From positions 3,424,001-3,488,000 of the forward strand of contig OY969763.1 in NCBI GenBank assembly GCA_963702845.1: DNA of 64,000 nucleotides. The letters are read 5' to 3'. Of this stretch, positions 19,440 to 29,270 are shown in pieces. The notes under the pieces were generated by a model, which did no database searches, was not told the origin of the DNA, and saw nothing but the letters and a program-made list of their open reading frames with translations. Made by a program: the position numbers and the translations under genes. Positions within the stretch are counted from its first letter, which is position 1. Each line of letters begins with the position of its first letter. This stretch comes from an uncultured Verrucomicrobiae bacterium. GTDB lineage: Bacteria; Verrucomicrobiota; Verrucomicrobiia; Limisphaerales; Palsa-1400.

Positions 19440-20279
19440 TTATAGCAGCCCCCGCCCCGCGCAGCAAGATTTCAGGAAATACGATAAACCATCCACTATT
19501 TGTCCACCCGGGTACTCAACCGTGACCTCCGCCGTGTAAACCAATTCACCAAAATTCGCCCCACCTTCATCCTCGCCGTCAGACGCCGATCCAGAAATAG
19601 ATGTCACTCCCACCGCCTTGCTGGCCCTCGAAGAATTCCCATACTCCGCGTATCGCGCCAACTGCGTCCCAGCCGGTGTAACATGAACGGTTTCGCCCAT
19701 CTTTTGCGCAACCAGCTTGAAACCAAACTTACTCTCCAAAAGCTCTTTCTTTTCCGACGCCTTATCGCACGCCTCCGCCAAAGCCTTTTTCTTATAAGTC
19801 GCCTTGTCTGTTTGCTCAAATTCCACGCCGAGATACCGCGCCTCAGTCACGCTATCCACCACGCCCGCGACCGCCTGAAACTCCTTCTCATTATGAACCG
19901 TGACCTTGATCGTATTCTCCACCACATAACTTTTCGCCTTATCGCCGAACAAACCGTATTTAGGCGTTTGCGAAAACTGCGACGCCTTGATCTGGTCCGC
20001 CTTCAGCCCCTTTTGAATCAGCGACGAAATAATTTCCGCGCGCAGCTTCTGATTCCCGTGCAACGCCGTTGCCAGCAGCTTATCCTCCGTGCGCACGCTC
20101 AAGCTGACAACCGCACGATCCGCCTGCACCTTCACCTCAGCCGTCCCCACCACCGAAACCGTTTTCGGAATATCCTTCAAATACTGCGCCAACTCCGTGG
20201 GACTCCCGCGCAATTCAGGTTCAGCGAATGCGGTGGGAATAATGCCGATAATTAGTGCGATGGTTGCTAAAATTTTCAT
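19440..20279 (-). CDS. SIMPL (DUF541) periplasmic protein
   Basis: Signal peptide; TVSVVGTAEVKVQADRAVVSLSV..KKALAEA..AEVTVEY. The true end may be YRVDK-stop at about 19496 if one C is an indel. Confidence 0.85.
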   Translation of the reverse strand: MKILATIALIIGIIPTAFAEPELRGSPTELAQYLKDIPKTVSVVGTAEVKVQADRAVVSLSVRTEDKLLATALHGNQKLRAEIISSLIQKGLKADQIKASQFSQTPKYGLFGDKAKSYVVENTIKVTVHNEKEFQAVAGVVDSVTEARYLGVEFEQTDKATYKKKALAEACDKASEKKELLESKFGFKLVAQKMGETVHVTPAGTQLARYAEYGNSSRASKAVGVTSISGSASDGEDEGGANFGELVYTAEVTVEYPGGQIVDGLSYFLKSCCAGRGLL

Positions 20280-20450
20280 AAAACAAGAATCTCCTTCTGA
20301 AGCGCGAGTCTAAAACCCCTTACGACCAATGCAACATCGTTCAATCGTAGCAGCCGAGGACAGTAAGTTCCGGAGAGACGCTGCCGCTCCGTTACCCGAC
20401 GCCTCATTTCCAGCATCTCTGTGCCTCTTTGCCTCTGTGGTATTCTGACG

Positions 20451-22166
20451 TCAAGCCCTTCTCCAATTTAACAACCGACCCCAAAACGGATGCGCTTGCC
20501 TGGCCTCACGTGCGGATTTTTGCGCGCTCGCGACGGGCAATCGAATCCAGAATCGGCTGCCCTGGCCGATTTCCGACTCGACGCCGACACTACCGCCCAT
20601 CCGTTCGGCGGCTTTCGCCACTACGGAAAGCCCGATTCCTGTACCCTTGTAAGCTGCGGGGGCCGCGCGTTCGAAGATCTCAAAAATCCGTTTCTGATCC
20701 TTTGCCTCGATACCAATGCCGTTGTCTTCCACGAAGACAGTAGCCGTTGAATCTTCCCGCGTGGCGCGAATCACCACCTGTGGCGTTCGTTCCCTGGGAA
20801 CAAAACGAACAGCGTTCGAAAGCAGGTTCCCCAAACTTTGGGCCAGGAGTGTAGCATGGCCCCGCACGCTTGGGAGTTTGGAAACAATTTGAAAACATGG
20901 GCGTTGGTCCGGCGGAAATCCTTCGATCAATTGATGAACTAACGGATCGAGTTCGACAGTATTCATCGGCCACTTCGAATTTGCGGTACGACTGTAGGTC
21001 AGGACGTCCTCGATCAATTGGTCCATGCGAGAACCACTAGTAACGATGCGCTCCAGGTAATCTTGCCCGACAGAATCGAGTTTTTTGTAATAGTCTTCTT
21101 TCAGTGCCGCGGCAAAGCCGGTGATGCCACGTAACGGCGCACGCAGGTCATGGGAGAGCGAATGAGAAAAAACGTGCATCGATTCGTTTGCCTCCCGCAA
21201 TTCGGCCTCAACCTTGCGCCGGGCGAGAATCTCTCTCCGCATGAAGAAATTCCATGACAACAGCAGAACTCCGGCAACCACTGTCGCGATGAAAACTTCC
21301 TTTGCCCGCTTCTGCAAGAGGCCAGCGCGTCGATGCGCTTCCAGGCCAAACAAAAGGTGTTTGCTAACGATATCGTCCAGTTCTTCCTGGGAAACCGAGG
21401 CCAGCCCCTTGTTCAAAATCGCGACTGCCAAACCAGAACCCAGACTGCGCCGTACCGCCATCCTTAAAGACTGATCGGATTTAGAGATCACACCCGTGAT
21501 GTCTAAATTGATTTCCGGATGGCTGTTCAGATATTGACTGGCGACGAACAGGTTCACGACAGTCGCGTCCGCTTTTTTCTTTGCGACCAATTCGAAGCAT
21601 TCATCCTGGGTTGCCGCGAAAATCACCTCCGACAAGGGTACACGCTTAGCCATTGTTTGCGTCGTATTATGTCGTCTCGGTAACGCGAGCTTCTTGTGAC
21701 GCAAAACGGCTGCGGGGCCAAATGTCTCGCTTCCTTCCCGTTCAACAATAACATCCGGTGACGTGGAATATTCCTTCGTAAACTCGGCTATCTGTTCCCG
21801 AAGCGGCGATTGCGCGGTACTGCACACCATATCTACCTTGTCCAGGTTCGTTACCAAATTTTCCCAGCTTGTTTGGCGTATTAGTTCAAATCTCAAGCCC
21901 GTCCGCTGCGAGATGATCTCCAGAAGATCAATATCAATTCCGGTCAAACTTCCATCTTCACGGACATAAGAGAACGGAGCCCAAGTCGTCAGACAACCGA
22001 CGCGCAGGACCGGATGCATGGCGATCCACACGTGCTCCTGCGGCGATAGTTGTACACGGCTTTCCTCTGCTGTATTCGTCGAAGCAAACAATCGCGCATT
22101 TGCCACGACAAGCCCGACAATGAGCAAGACGTGTCTGGCTCCCAATTTCACTGGGCAACCTCGCAT
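20451..22166 (-). CDS. Sensor histidine kinase with periplasmic solute-binding (Venus flytrap) domain
   Basis: LSPQEHVWI..LRVG..WAPFSY..GIDIDLL (BvgS/EvgS-type), one TM helix, SHDLRAPL, NLLSNA, DNGIGI and GTGIGL. Confidence 0.9.
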   Translation of the reverse strand: MRGCPVKLGARHVLLIVGLVVANARLFASTNTAEESRVQLSPQEHVWIAMHPVLRVGCLTTWAPFSYVREDGSLTGIDIDLLEIISQRTGLRFELIRQTSWENLVTNLDKVDMVCSTAQSPLREQIAEFTKEYSTSPDVIVEREGSETFGPAAVLRHKKLALPRRHNTTQTMAKRVPLSEVIFAATQDECFELVAKKKADATVVNLFVASQYLNSHPEINLDITGVISKSDQSLRMAVRRSLGSGLAVAILNKGLASVSQEELDDIVSKHLLFGLEAHRRAGLLQKRAKEVFIATVVAGVLLLSWNFFMRREILARRKVEAELREANESMHVFSHSLSHDLRAPLRGITGFAAALKEDYYKKLDSVGQDYLERIVTSGSRMDQLIEDVLTYSRTANSKWPMNTVELDPLVHQLIEGFPPDQRPCFQIVSKLPSVRGHATLLAQSLGNLLSNAVRFVPRERTPQVVIRATREDSTATVFVEDNGIGIEAKDQKRIFEIFERAAPAAYKGTGIGLSVVAKAAERMGGSVGVESEIGQGSRFWIRLPVASAQKSAREARQAHPFWGRLLNWRRA

Positions 22167-22786
22167 TGGTTACACCCGTTTAACAGGGAGGGAAAATCGT
22201 AAAAATTTAACGGCAGACGGACCGGTCGTAACCCTTCCGACTTTCTCTTTTACCAGAACTCAGGAACGAAAGGGGGTCTGTTCGTGGTGCCGACATATTT
22301 CATCAAACATCGGCGTCCTTTCCAGCGCCCGCTGTATCTCCGTCGCTCTATGGCTTCTCCGATCCGATCTCCCAACCCCAAAGCGGGTTGAGTCACGCCG
22401 CCCAGCGGTTGCGAGGCACGACCTACCCTGGGTAAAAACCAAACAAACGAAGTTTCACTTCCTGTCCCGCTCGGCATGGATTGCGCAAGAGTTGGCGATC
22501 AATCAAAACGCACCGATATCATTTGTTCTATTGGCATCGCGCGAACAAATGGAATGGGCGCAGTTGTCGATACTGAGAGGCCACTAAGAACCCCGAGCCT
22601 TTAAACAACTATGTCAACACCGTTGACCGACCGCTTCCTCGCCAAAGATTTGCAATCTCTGGACTCCGCTCACTTTCAATGTGCTACAAAACTGCCCTCT
22701 TAACCATTGCGCCGTATCGTATTTTCACCTATCATTCCAACGGTCCTGGCTCTACTGGCAATGCAACAATCAAAGGCAATGGCAAT

Positions 22787-23110
22787 ATGATATCAAACGA
22801 ACGTCCGTCCGGTTACTCCCCTTCATTCAACGATCGCTCCTTTAATTCTGATCGCCCCTCCTATCAATCAGCGCCACTCCGACCACGCGTCGACGAGGAC
22901 ACTCTCAAAACTGAAACAATTCAGATCGAGCGCAAAACTTTCATCCTCACTCTGAAAGAGAACCCTCGCGGTCGTTTCCTCCGCATTACCGAGGACGTCA
23001 ACGGCCGTCGCGATAACGTCATTGTTCCATCTACCGGCCTGGAAGACTTCGCGAGGATTGTTACTGAAATGGCGCAGACAGCCGGCCAGACACCATCACA
23101 GCCCGCGTAA
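22787..23110 (+). CDS. PUR-domain (Pur-alpha/DUF3276-like) ssDNA/RNA-binding protein
   Basis: LKTETIQIERKTFILTLKENPRGRFLRITE..RRDNVIVPSTGLEDF matches the PUR repeat. Confidence 0.85.
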   Translation: MISNERPSGYSPSFNDRSFNSDRPSYQSAPLRPRVDEDTLKTETIQIERKTFILTLKENPRGRFLRITEDVNGRRDNVIVPSTGLEDFARIVTEMAQTAGQTPSQPA

Positions 23111-23159
23111 CTTTCGTTGATTCACGACGCGCGACTTCGTCGCAATCAAATAACGTAGT

Positions 23160-23194
23160 GCATCGGCGGTGTCATCGCCGCCGATGCCTTCTTC
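23160..23194 (+). terminator. GC-rich hairpin downstream of the PUR gene (possible terminator)
   Basis: GCATCGGCGGTG-TCAT-CGCCGCCGATGC followed by CTTCTTC; the U-tract is weak. Confidence 0.45.
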
Positions 23195-24057
23195 ATCCGC
23201 ATCGACCTTCATCACATCGCCGGGCCGATTCGGATCACGTTGCGGCGCCTCGGTGGGTCGTCGAGGCGTTTCATAAACCTACTACAAGTGCCTCATTTGA
23301 AGTAACCTCTGCGTCTCCGTAACTCTGTGGTTTCTCCGATTCGTGTTCAATCAGTGGCTAAAAAACCGCTCAGCAACCTTCGTGCCTTGGCGTCTTAATG
23401 GTAACATTTTGTGCAGAAAAAATGCTGTTTCTTTCCCTCCTTTCCCTGGCTTCCCTACAGTTTTTTACACGTAGCTACTTTATGCCATCATTGGTGGCGT
23501 TATGCGATACATGCAACATAAACATAAAGCGGCGATTCCGATTCCCACACCGAGCCAAACGAGCCACGACAATTCTTTGTCGATGGTGACTGCGGCTTCC
23601 TTGCCACCGACGCCTGCCCACTTCCGTCCATTTTCAACCAAAGGGGGGTGCCCACTTTCGTCCATTAACATCCAATTGCGCCCAAAAACGACCACTTGCG
23701 TCCACTAAAAGCCAAAAAAAATATTTTTACCAAACCTTATGAACACAACTAAAGAACTTGAAAACCCGATGTTGCCAACATCAACAACATCACGGTGCCG
23801 AGTCCCACCCATCGAACATCACCCGGCCCAACCGCAAGGTTTTGCACGCTTAAATGTTGGATTTTCTCTGAAGTTTGGAGTTTGAATTTTGAAGCTTCAC
23901 CACGTTTACTGCATGATCACCGCACGGGAAATACGTCCAACTACACCGAAATACACCATCAACAGAAGCTTTTCGGAGGAACGGACACCTAAAATACCAA
24001 TTGACAGAATTCCCGAATGAAGGCTTACTTAACATAAGCAACCTTACTAAGAAACTA

Positions 24058-25770
24058 ATGATTACCGCAGAGCACCTCAAGGCAGAGCAGAAGTTGACCC
24101 GAAACGAAGGGCTGAAGCAAGCAGATCCGTTGCTGCGCGGCACCATTCGTCAGACTCTCGACGACGCCACCAAAGACCGTTTTTCCGAAGACGATTACGA
24201 GTTCATGAAGTTCCACGGCATCTACCAGCAAGATGACCGGGACAAGCGCAAAGTCGGCAAGCAATATATATACATGGTGCGCGGCCGTTTGCCCGGCGGC
24301 ATCGTGCAGCCGAATGTTTATCTCGCGTTCGACACGCTTGCGAGTACGTGCGGCAACAACACATTGCGCATCACCACGCGCCAGGGCTTTCAATTTCACG
24401 GCGTGACAAAGGGTGTCCTCGGCAAATTCATGAAGGGCATCAACGACGCCATGGCCACCACCCTCGCCGCCTGCGGTGACGTCAATCGTAACGTCATGGC
24501 CGCGCCGACGCCGGCGACGAGTCCGTTAGTCGATTCGATTCAACAGCACGCCAAAGAAGTTTCCGACGCGTTGCTCCCGAAGACGCGCGCCTATCACGAA
24601 ATTTGGGTCGAAGGCACCGAACTCAAGCTCGAGGAAGACGCAAATTTCGTCGACCCGCTTTACGGCAAAACATATTTGCCGCGCAAATTCAAAGTCGCCT
24701 TCGCCATTCCGCCACTGAACGACATTGATATCTTCACCAATTGCTGCGGCTTCATCGCCATCATCGAAAACGACAAACTCGTCGGATACAATTTAACGGC
24801 CGGCGGCGGCATGGGCATGAGCCACGGCAATGCGCACACCTACCCGCGCATGGCGGACGTCATCGGTTTCATCGAACCGCATCAAGTCATCGACGCCGCC
24901 AAAGGCGTGCTCACGATTCACCGGGATTTCGGCGATCGCACCAATCGCAAACACGCGCGATTGAAATACGTCATCGAAGAACGCGGCGTGGAATGGTTCA
25001 CACAAGAACTCAAAAAGCGCCTCAGCTTCCCTGTTCAACCGGCGCGTCCGTTTCATTTTACGAAACAAAACGACGTCTACGGCTGGCAAAAGCAATTCGA
25101 CGGAAAATATTTCCTCGGTCTGTTCATCGAAAACGGCCGCATCAAAGATGCCGACAATTACAAACTCAAATCAGGCCTGCGCCGCGTCGTGGAACAATTC
25201 CAACCGGAAATGCGCCTGACTGCGTCGCAGAATTTGTTGCTCGTCAATATTCCCGAAGCGCAACGTGACGCCATTTCCAAAGTCTTCGCCGAACACGGTG
25301 TGCCGGTGGAAAACCAGGCCTCGATTCTTCGTCGTGCTTCCATCGCTTGCCCCGCCCTGCCGACGTGCGGTTTGTCGCTCGCCGAATCTGAACGCGCGAT
25401 TCCCGACATTTTGGGTCGCATCGAAAACCTTTTGGCGGAAGTGGGAGTGCCGAACGAGGAAATCGTCATTCGCATGACCGGTTGCCCGAACGGTTGCGCT
25501 CGCCCTTACGCCGCGGAAATCGGATTCGTCGGCCGTGCCCCAGGTAAATACGCGCTCTTCCTCGGCGGCAATGAGGCCAGCACGCGCTTGAATTGGACTT
25601 ACAAAGAGAGCGTAAAAAACGAAGAGATCGTCAACGAATTGCGTCCGCTCTTCACTCGTTTCGTGCAACAACGAATCACCGGCGAACGCTTCGGCGATTT
25701 CTGCCAGCGGGTGATCAAGCCGGAGGTTGATGCGTTGAAGGCGCATTCGCCGGCGGCAATCGGGCTCTAA
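24058..25770 (+). CDS. cysI: Assimilatory sulfite reductase hemoprotein subunit
   Basis: KFHGIYQQDDRD, TTRQGFQFHG, ACGDVNRN, YLPRKFK, ACPALPTCGL and MTGCPNGCARP (siroheme/4Fe-4S ligands). Confidence 0.95.
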   Translation: MITAEHLKAEQKLTRNEGLKQADPLLRGTIRQTLDDATKDRFSEDDYEFMKFHGIYQQDDRDKRKVGKQYIYMVRGRLPGGIVQPNVYLAFDTLASTCGNNTLRITTRQGFQFHGVTKGVLGKFMKGINDAMATTLAACGDVNRNVMAAPTPATSPLVDSIQQHAKEVSDALLPKTRAYHEIWVEGTELKLEEDANFVDPLYGKTYLPRKFKVAFAIPPLNDIDIFTNCCGFIAIIENDKLVGYNLTAGGGMGMSHGNAHTYPRMADVIGFIEPHQVIDAAKGVLTIHRDFGDRTNRKHARLKYVIEERGVEWFTQELKKRLSFPVQPARPFHFTKQNDVYGWQKQFDGKYFLGLFIENGRIKDADNYKLKSGLRRVVEQFQPEMRLTASQNLLLVNIPEAQRDAISKVFAEHGVPVENQASILRRASIACPALPTCGLSLAESERAIPDILGRIENLLAEVGVPNEEIVIRMTGCPNGCARPYAAEIGFVGRAPGKYALFLGGNEASTRLNWTYKESVKNEEIVNELRPLFTRFVQQRITGERFGDFCQRVIKPEVDALKAHSPAAIGL

Positions 25771-25772
25771 CG

Positions 25773-26603
25773 ATGTTCGAACGCAAACACAAACCGCTTT
25801 CCGTTCCGCGCGCAAGTGTTGCACCGTTTCTACCGTCGAGCGACGCACCGTCGGACCCCGAGCCCCCGTTTCGCCTCACCGCACAAGATGTCACGGACCT
25901 CAATCGGCGGTTCGCGAAAACCGATACGGCTGAAATTTTGATCTGGGCCTGGGAACGTTTCGGAACTCGCGCCGCCATCGGGACAGCCTTTCAGGGCGCA
26001 GGCCTCGTGATGTTGCATCAGGCCAAAATTCACGGCCTGCCGTTCCCGGTTTTTACGTTAGACACCGGCTTGCTCTTTCCCGAGACGCAACAGCTCAAGA
26101 AACGGCTCGAAGCTTTTTTCGGTTACGAAATCGAATCGCTTCACCCCGATTTGACAATCGCTGAACAAGACGAAGCGCACGGGCCGAATTTGTGGGACCG
26201 CGACCCCGACCTGTGCTGCACGATGCGCAAAGTTTTACCGCTACGCGACCGGCTTTCGAAACTTGACTGCTGGATCACCGGCCTGCGCCGCGAACAATCC
26301 GATTCACGCGCCAACGTCGGCATCGTCGAAATCTATAAAGCGGACGAGGGCAACGAGCGCGAAATCGTGAAGCTGAATCCAATGGCGTTGTGGGCGCGCG
26401 ACGCCGTTTGGGCCTACATTCGCGAACACAAGATTCCGTACAATCCCCTGCACGATCAAGGCTACCGCTCCATCGGTTGCACGACCTGCACACGCAAAAC
26501 GACCGAAGGCGAACACGAACGGGCGGGACGCTGGACAGGGTTCAAGAAAATTGAATGCGGCATCCACACGTTCATGTCGCGCAAGAACGATTTTCAGATT
26601 TAG
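25773..26603 (+). CDS. cysH: APS/PAPS reductase (4Fe-4S APS-reductase type)
   Basis: LDTGLLFPET, CCTMRKV, TGLRREQS, YNPLHDQGYRSIGCTTC, RAGRW and ECGIH. Confidence 0.95.
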   Translation: MFERKHKPLSVPRASVAPFLPSSDAPSDPEPPFRLTAQDVTDLNRRFAKTDTAEILIWAWERFGTRAAIGTAFQGAGLVMLHQAKIHGLPFPVFTLDTGLLFPETQQLKKRLEAFFGYEIESLHPDLTIAEQDEAHGPNLWDRDPDLCCTMRKVLPLRDRLSKLDCWITGLRREQSDSRANVGIVEIYKADEGNEREIVKLNPMALWARDAVWAYIREHKIPYNPLHDQGYRSIGCTTCTRKTTEGEHERAGRWTGFKKIECGIHTFMSRKNDFQI

Positions 26604-26663
26604 GTAGTAACTTAATCGTCTTCGATGACGTCTCCCTTATTCGGTCGAACTCGTCGTTCGCTG

Positions 26664-27230
26664 TTAATGAGCGCCGAGTTTGAGGACGGTGGTTTTACCC
26701 TGGTAGTCCAGAGTAACAGTCGTCGACTCGATTTTTGTGACGGTGGCGCCATTAATTTCTCCGCCGACCTGCACGGAACCTTCGTTGATCAATGCAGTCG
26801 GATTCTTCGTGTAAAGAATCCCTTTGAGACGAAACGTCGGGACAGCAGGAGCCGTCACCGGTGCAGGGGTAGCTGTGACAGTCGTATTAGAAAGTGTGAG
26901 TGCAGCCGGAACGGGAACATCGGCCTGCGGTGCTACGGCTTTGGCTGGTTCGGTCGCGGCGATTTTTGCAACGATTGGTTGAGCCTCGGGCACTACTTTC
27001 GCAGGTTGAACTGCGACAGGCTCAGGCGCTGCGGTTCTGGATTTGGCATAAACAAAACCAACAACGCCAATCGCACCGACAAACAAAGCGACCGAAACCC
27101 AGAAAAGATGGTTCGACCGTTCCTGGTAGACTGGTTGCATCGCGCGCGTTTCGAAATCGGCTTGTGCCGCTGACGGTTTACCGCGCTCGGCCTCGCTCAC
27201 TTTTTTGAGGGCGTCGTTGATCAGGCTCAT
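26664..27230 (-). CDS. ExeB/GspB-like membrane protein
   Basis: MSLINDALKK start, one TM helix, Pro/Ala linker, C-terminal LKGILY..ALIN..VGGEING.TVTKIE domain; coupled to an ExeA-like gene. Confidence 0.75.
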   Translation of the reverse strand: MSLINDALKKVSEAERGKPSAAQADFETRAMQPVYQERSNHLFWVSVALFVGAIGVVGFVYAKSRTAAPEPVAVQPAKVVPEAQPIVAKIAATEPAKAVAPQADVPVPAALTLSNTTVTATPAPVTAPAVPTFRLKGILYTKNPTALINEGSVQVGGEINGATVTKIESTTVTLDYQGKTTVLKLGAH

Positions 27231-28042
27231 GCGCCGAGATCTCCTTCGAGTTCACGCAGCGCCCGGCCGACCATGCGGTAGTTGATGGTTTGACTTTGTT
27301 GCACGTAACCAGCCAAAAGGCATTTATCGCAAAGTGCGTTGATGAGTCGCGGAATGCCGTGGCTGTAACGATAGATGCGCCAAAGCGCGGGCCTGGTGAA
27401 GTAAGGCGCGCCGTTTCCGCCGGAAATTTGCAGGCGGTGTTGAATGTAGTGGCCAACTTCAGAACGACGCAGCGGATTCAAGTGATAACGAACAGTGATG
27501 CGCTGGCGCAGTTGGCGAAGTCGATGGTCGTTGAGACGTTCGCGCAATTCGGTTTGGCCCATCAGAACGATCTGGAACAGCTTGCGCTCGTCAGTCTCGA
27601 GGTTCGAGAGCAGGCGAACTTGCTCAAGCAGTTCGAGCGTGAGGTTCTGGGCTTCGTCGATAATGAGAACCGACTCCCTGCCCTGCTCGACCTGCTGGAG
27701 CAGAAATTTATTGAGCATCGCGAGAATTTCCAACCGATCCATCCGTTTTGGGACGAGGTTGAATTCCATGGCGATGGCTTTGATCAATTGGTCGGCGTCG
27801 AGAACCGGATTGAGAATAAGCGCGGTCGAGTAGTTAGCGCCGAGTTGGTCGAGGAGAGCGCGGCAAAGCGTCGTTTTACCAGCGCCAACTTCGCCGGTGA
27901 GCTGAACGAAACCCTTTCGTTCGCGAATGCCGTAAAGCAAATGATTGAACGCTTCGCGATGTCTCGGGCTGAAGAACAGGAACCGCGGATTCGGCGTTAT
28001 GCTGAAGGGCGGTTCATTCAGTCCGTAATATTGCAGATACAT
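27227..28042 (-). CDS. ExeA/GspA-family AAA ATPase (ATPase domain only)
   Basis: MYLQYYGLNEPPFSITPNPRF, TGEVGAGKT, IIDEAQNL, LEQVRLLSNLET, QLRQRI and GIPRLINALCD. Confidence 0.92.
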   Translation of the reverse strand: MYLQYYGLNEPPFSITPNPRFLFFSPRHREAFNHLLYGIRERKGFVQLTGEVGAGKTTLCRALLDQLGANYSTALILNPVLDADQLIKAIAMEFNLVPKRMDRLEILAMLNKFLLQQVEQGRESVLIIDEAQNLTLELLEQVRLLSNLETDERKLFQIVLMGQTELRERLNDHRLRQLRQRITVRYHLNPLRRSEVGHYIQHRLQISGGNGAPYFTRPALWRIYRYSHGIPRLINALCDKCLLAGYVQQSQTINYRMVGRALRELEGDLGA

Positions 28043-28215
28043 TTTGTCTCACCCTTTTCGCAATGTTGTAACGAAAGGGCCTGTTTTTAGCGAAGAAATT
28101 ATCATGCCAACCTGGGACAATCGTGCGGGCAACTGAAAAGTAGAGGGCGAAATCAGGGTGTAGCAGCGAGAAAAAGGTTAGAGACTCCTTACGTCATCTT
28201 CTACAATGGTGACGC

Positions 28216-28839
28216 TTGCGAAAAGTTGTTGTCATTTTGTTGGTGGCTGTGGCGGCGGTTGTAGGATGGTGGCTTTGGCCGACGAGCGTTCACTATGCCA
28301 ATTTGCCGCCGAACGCGAAAGGGCCATGGATTGCGCTTGGGGATAGCTTGACCGCTGGCTATGGAGCGAATCCAGCCAGTGATTATCCGACGGTGCTTGG
28401 GAAAAAATTGGGAATCACGATTGAAAACGCAGGCCGCAACGGCGAGACGTCACAAGATGGATTGAATCGAGTGGAGTCGATTGTGCAATTGCACCCGCGC
28501 GTCGTGTTGTTGTGTTTCGGCGGCAATGACGCGCTGCAACAGGTGCCGCGCGAGAAGACGTTTCGTAATCTGGGCACGATCGTTGATCGGCTGCAGAAGC
28601 AAGGAACGTTCGTGGTTTTGATCGGTGTTCGAAGTGCGACCTTGCGCGATAAAAACGCAGCCTGGTTCAAAGATCTGGCCCGAGAGAAACACGTGCTTTA
28701 CGTGCCCAATATCCTGGACGGTGTGCTGACGCACCCGAACATGATGGCAGATGAGGTACACCCAAATGACAAAGGGTACGCGTTTATCGCGGAGCGGATT
28801 GGGACGGCGTTGGAGCCGGTGATGCCGCAATTGCGCTAG
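28216..28839 (+). CDS. SGNH/GDSL hydrolase (TesA/arylesterase-like), N-terminal anchor
   Basis: GDSLTAGYG, NAGRNGETS, GGND and DEVHPNDKGY. Confidence 0.9.
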   Translation: MRKVVVILLVAVAAVVGWWLWPTSVHYANLPPNAKGPWIALGDSLTAGYGANPASDYPTVLGKKLGITIENAGRNGETSQDGLNRVESIVQLHPRVVLLCFGGNDALQQVPREKTFRNLGTIVDRLQKQGTFVVLIGVRSATLRDKNAAWFKDLAREKHVLYVPNILDGVLTHPNMMADEVHPNDKGYAFIAERIGTALEPVMPQLR

Positions 28840-29270
28840 TCGTGTTCGATTTCGTCAGAGAGCTGATTTTTGCCACCGGCCTGCCGTGGGAAATGCTCGG
28901 CCATTAACGCTCCGGCACGACGAATCGCGTGGATGATCCCGCCGGTAAAGTCTGCTTTACGGAAATGGCCTGACATTTCGTGGGCCACTTCTTTCCAGAA
29001 ATTGTCGCCACACTTCTGGTGAATGGCGACGTCGCCGATGATGGCGAACTTTCGAACTCGCGGTGCGACGTAAATGAGGACGCCATTGCGTTCCGTTGTT
29101 TTCGTCATGCCTAGCTTTTCAAAGCGGCGTTGGGCAGTAACGACCGCGTCTTCGGGTTCCTTGCGGCTGATGAAGATGCGGATTTCGCCGCACATCTTCG
29201 ATTCGGCTTCACGGATTGCTCCGACAATTTGGTCGTGCTCGAGTTGGCTGAAAAAATCGCGCGCTTTCAT
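28836..29270 (-). CDS. TPM-domain protein (short type)
   Basis: IREAESKMCGEIRI..FEKLGM..ERNGVLIY..AIIGD..HFP..NQLSDE; third gene of the LemA operon. Confidence 0.85.
   Translation of the reverse strand: MKARDFFSQLEHDQIVGAIREAESKMCGEIRIFISRKEPEDAVVTAQRRFEKLGMTKTTERNGVLIYVAPRVRKFAIIGDVAIHQKCGDNFWKEVAHEMSGHFRKADFTGGIIHAIRRAGALMAEHFPRQAGGKNQLSDEIEHD

Noticed and set aside
22250..22587. Short ORFs and a hairpin-like stretch (AACCCCAAAGCGGGTT..CCTACCCTGGGT) upstream of the kinase
   Set aside because: No coding signature; probably a decayed repeat element, but there is only one copy in the window.
28181..28204. GTAG-starting element on the minus strand (GTAGAAGATGACGTAAGGAGTCTC)
   Set aside because: It may be a second REP-like family, but it is a single degenerate copy with no clear hairpin.
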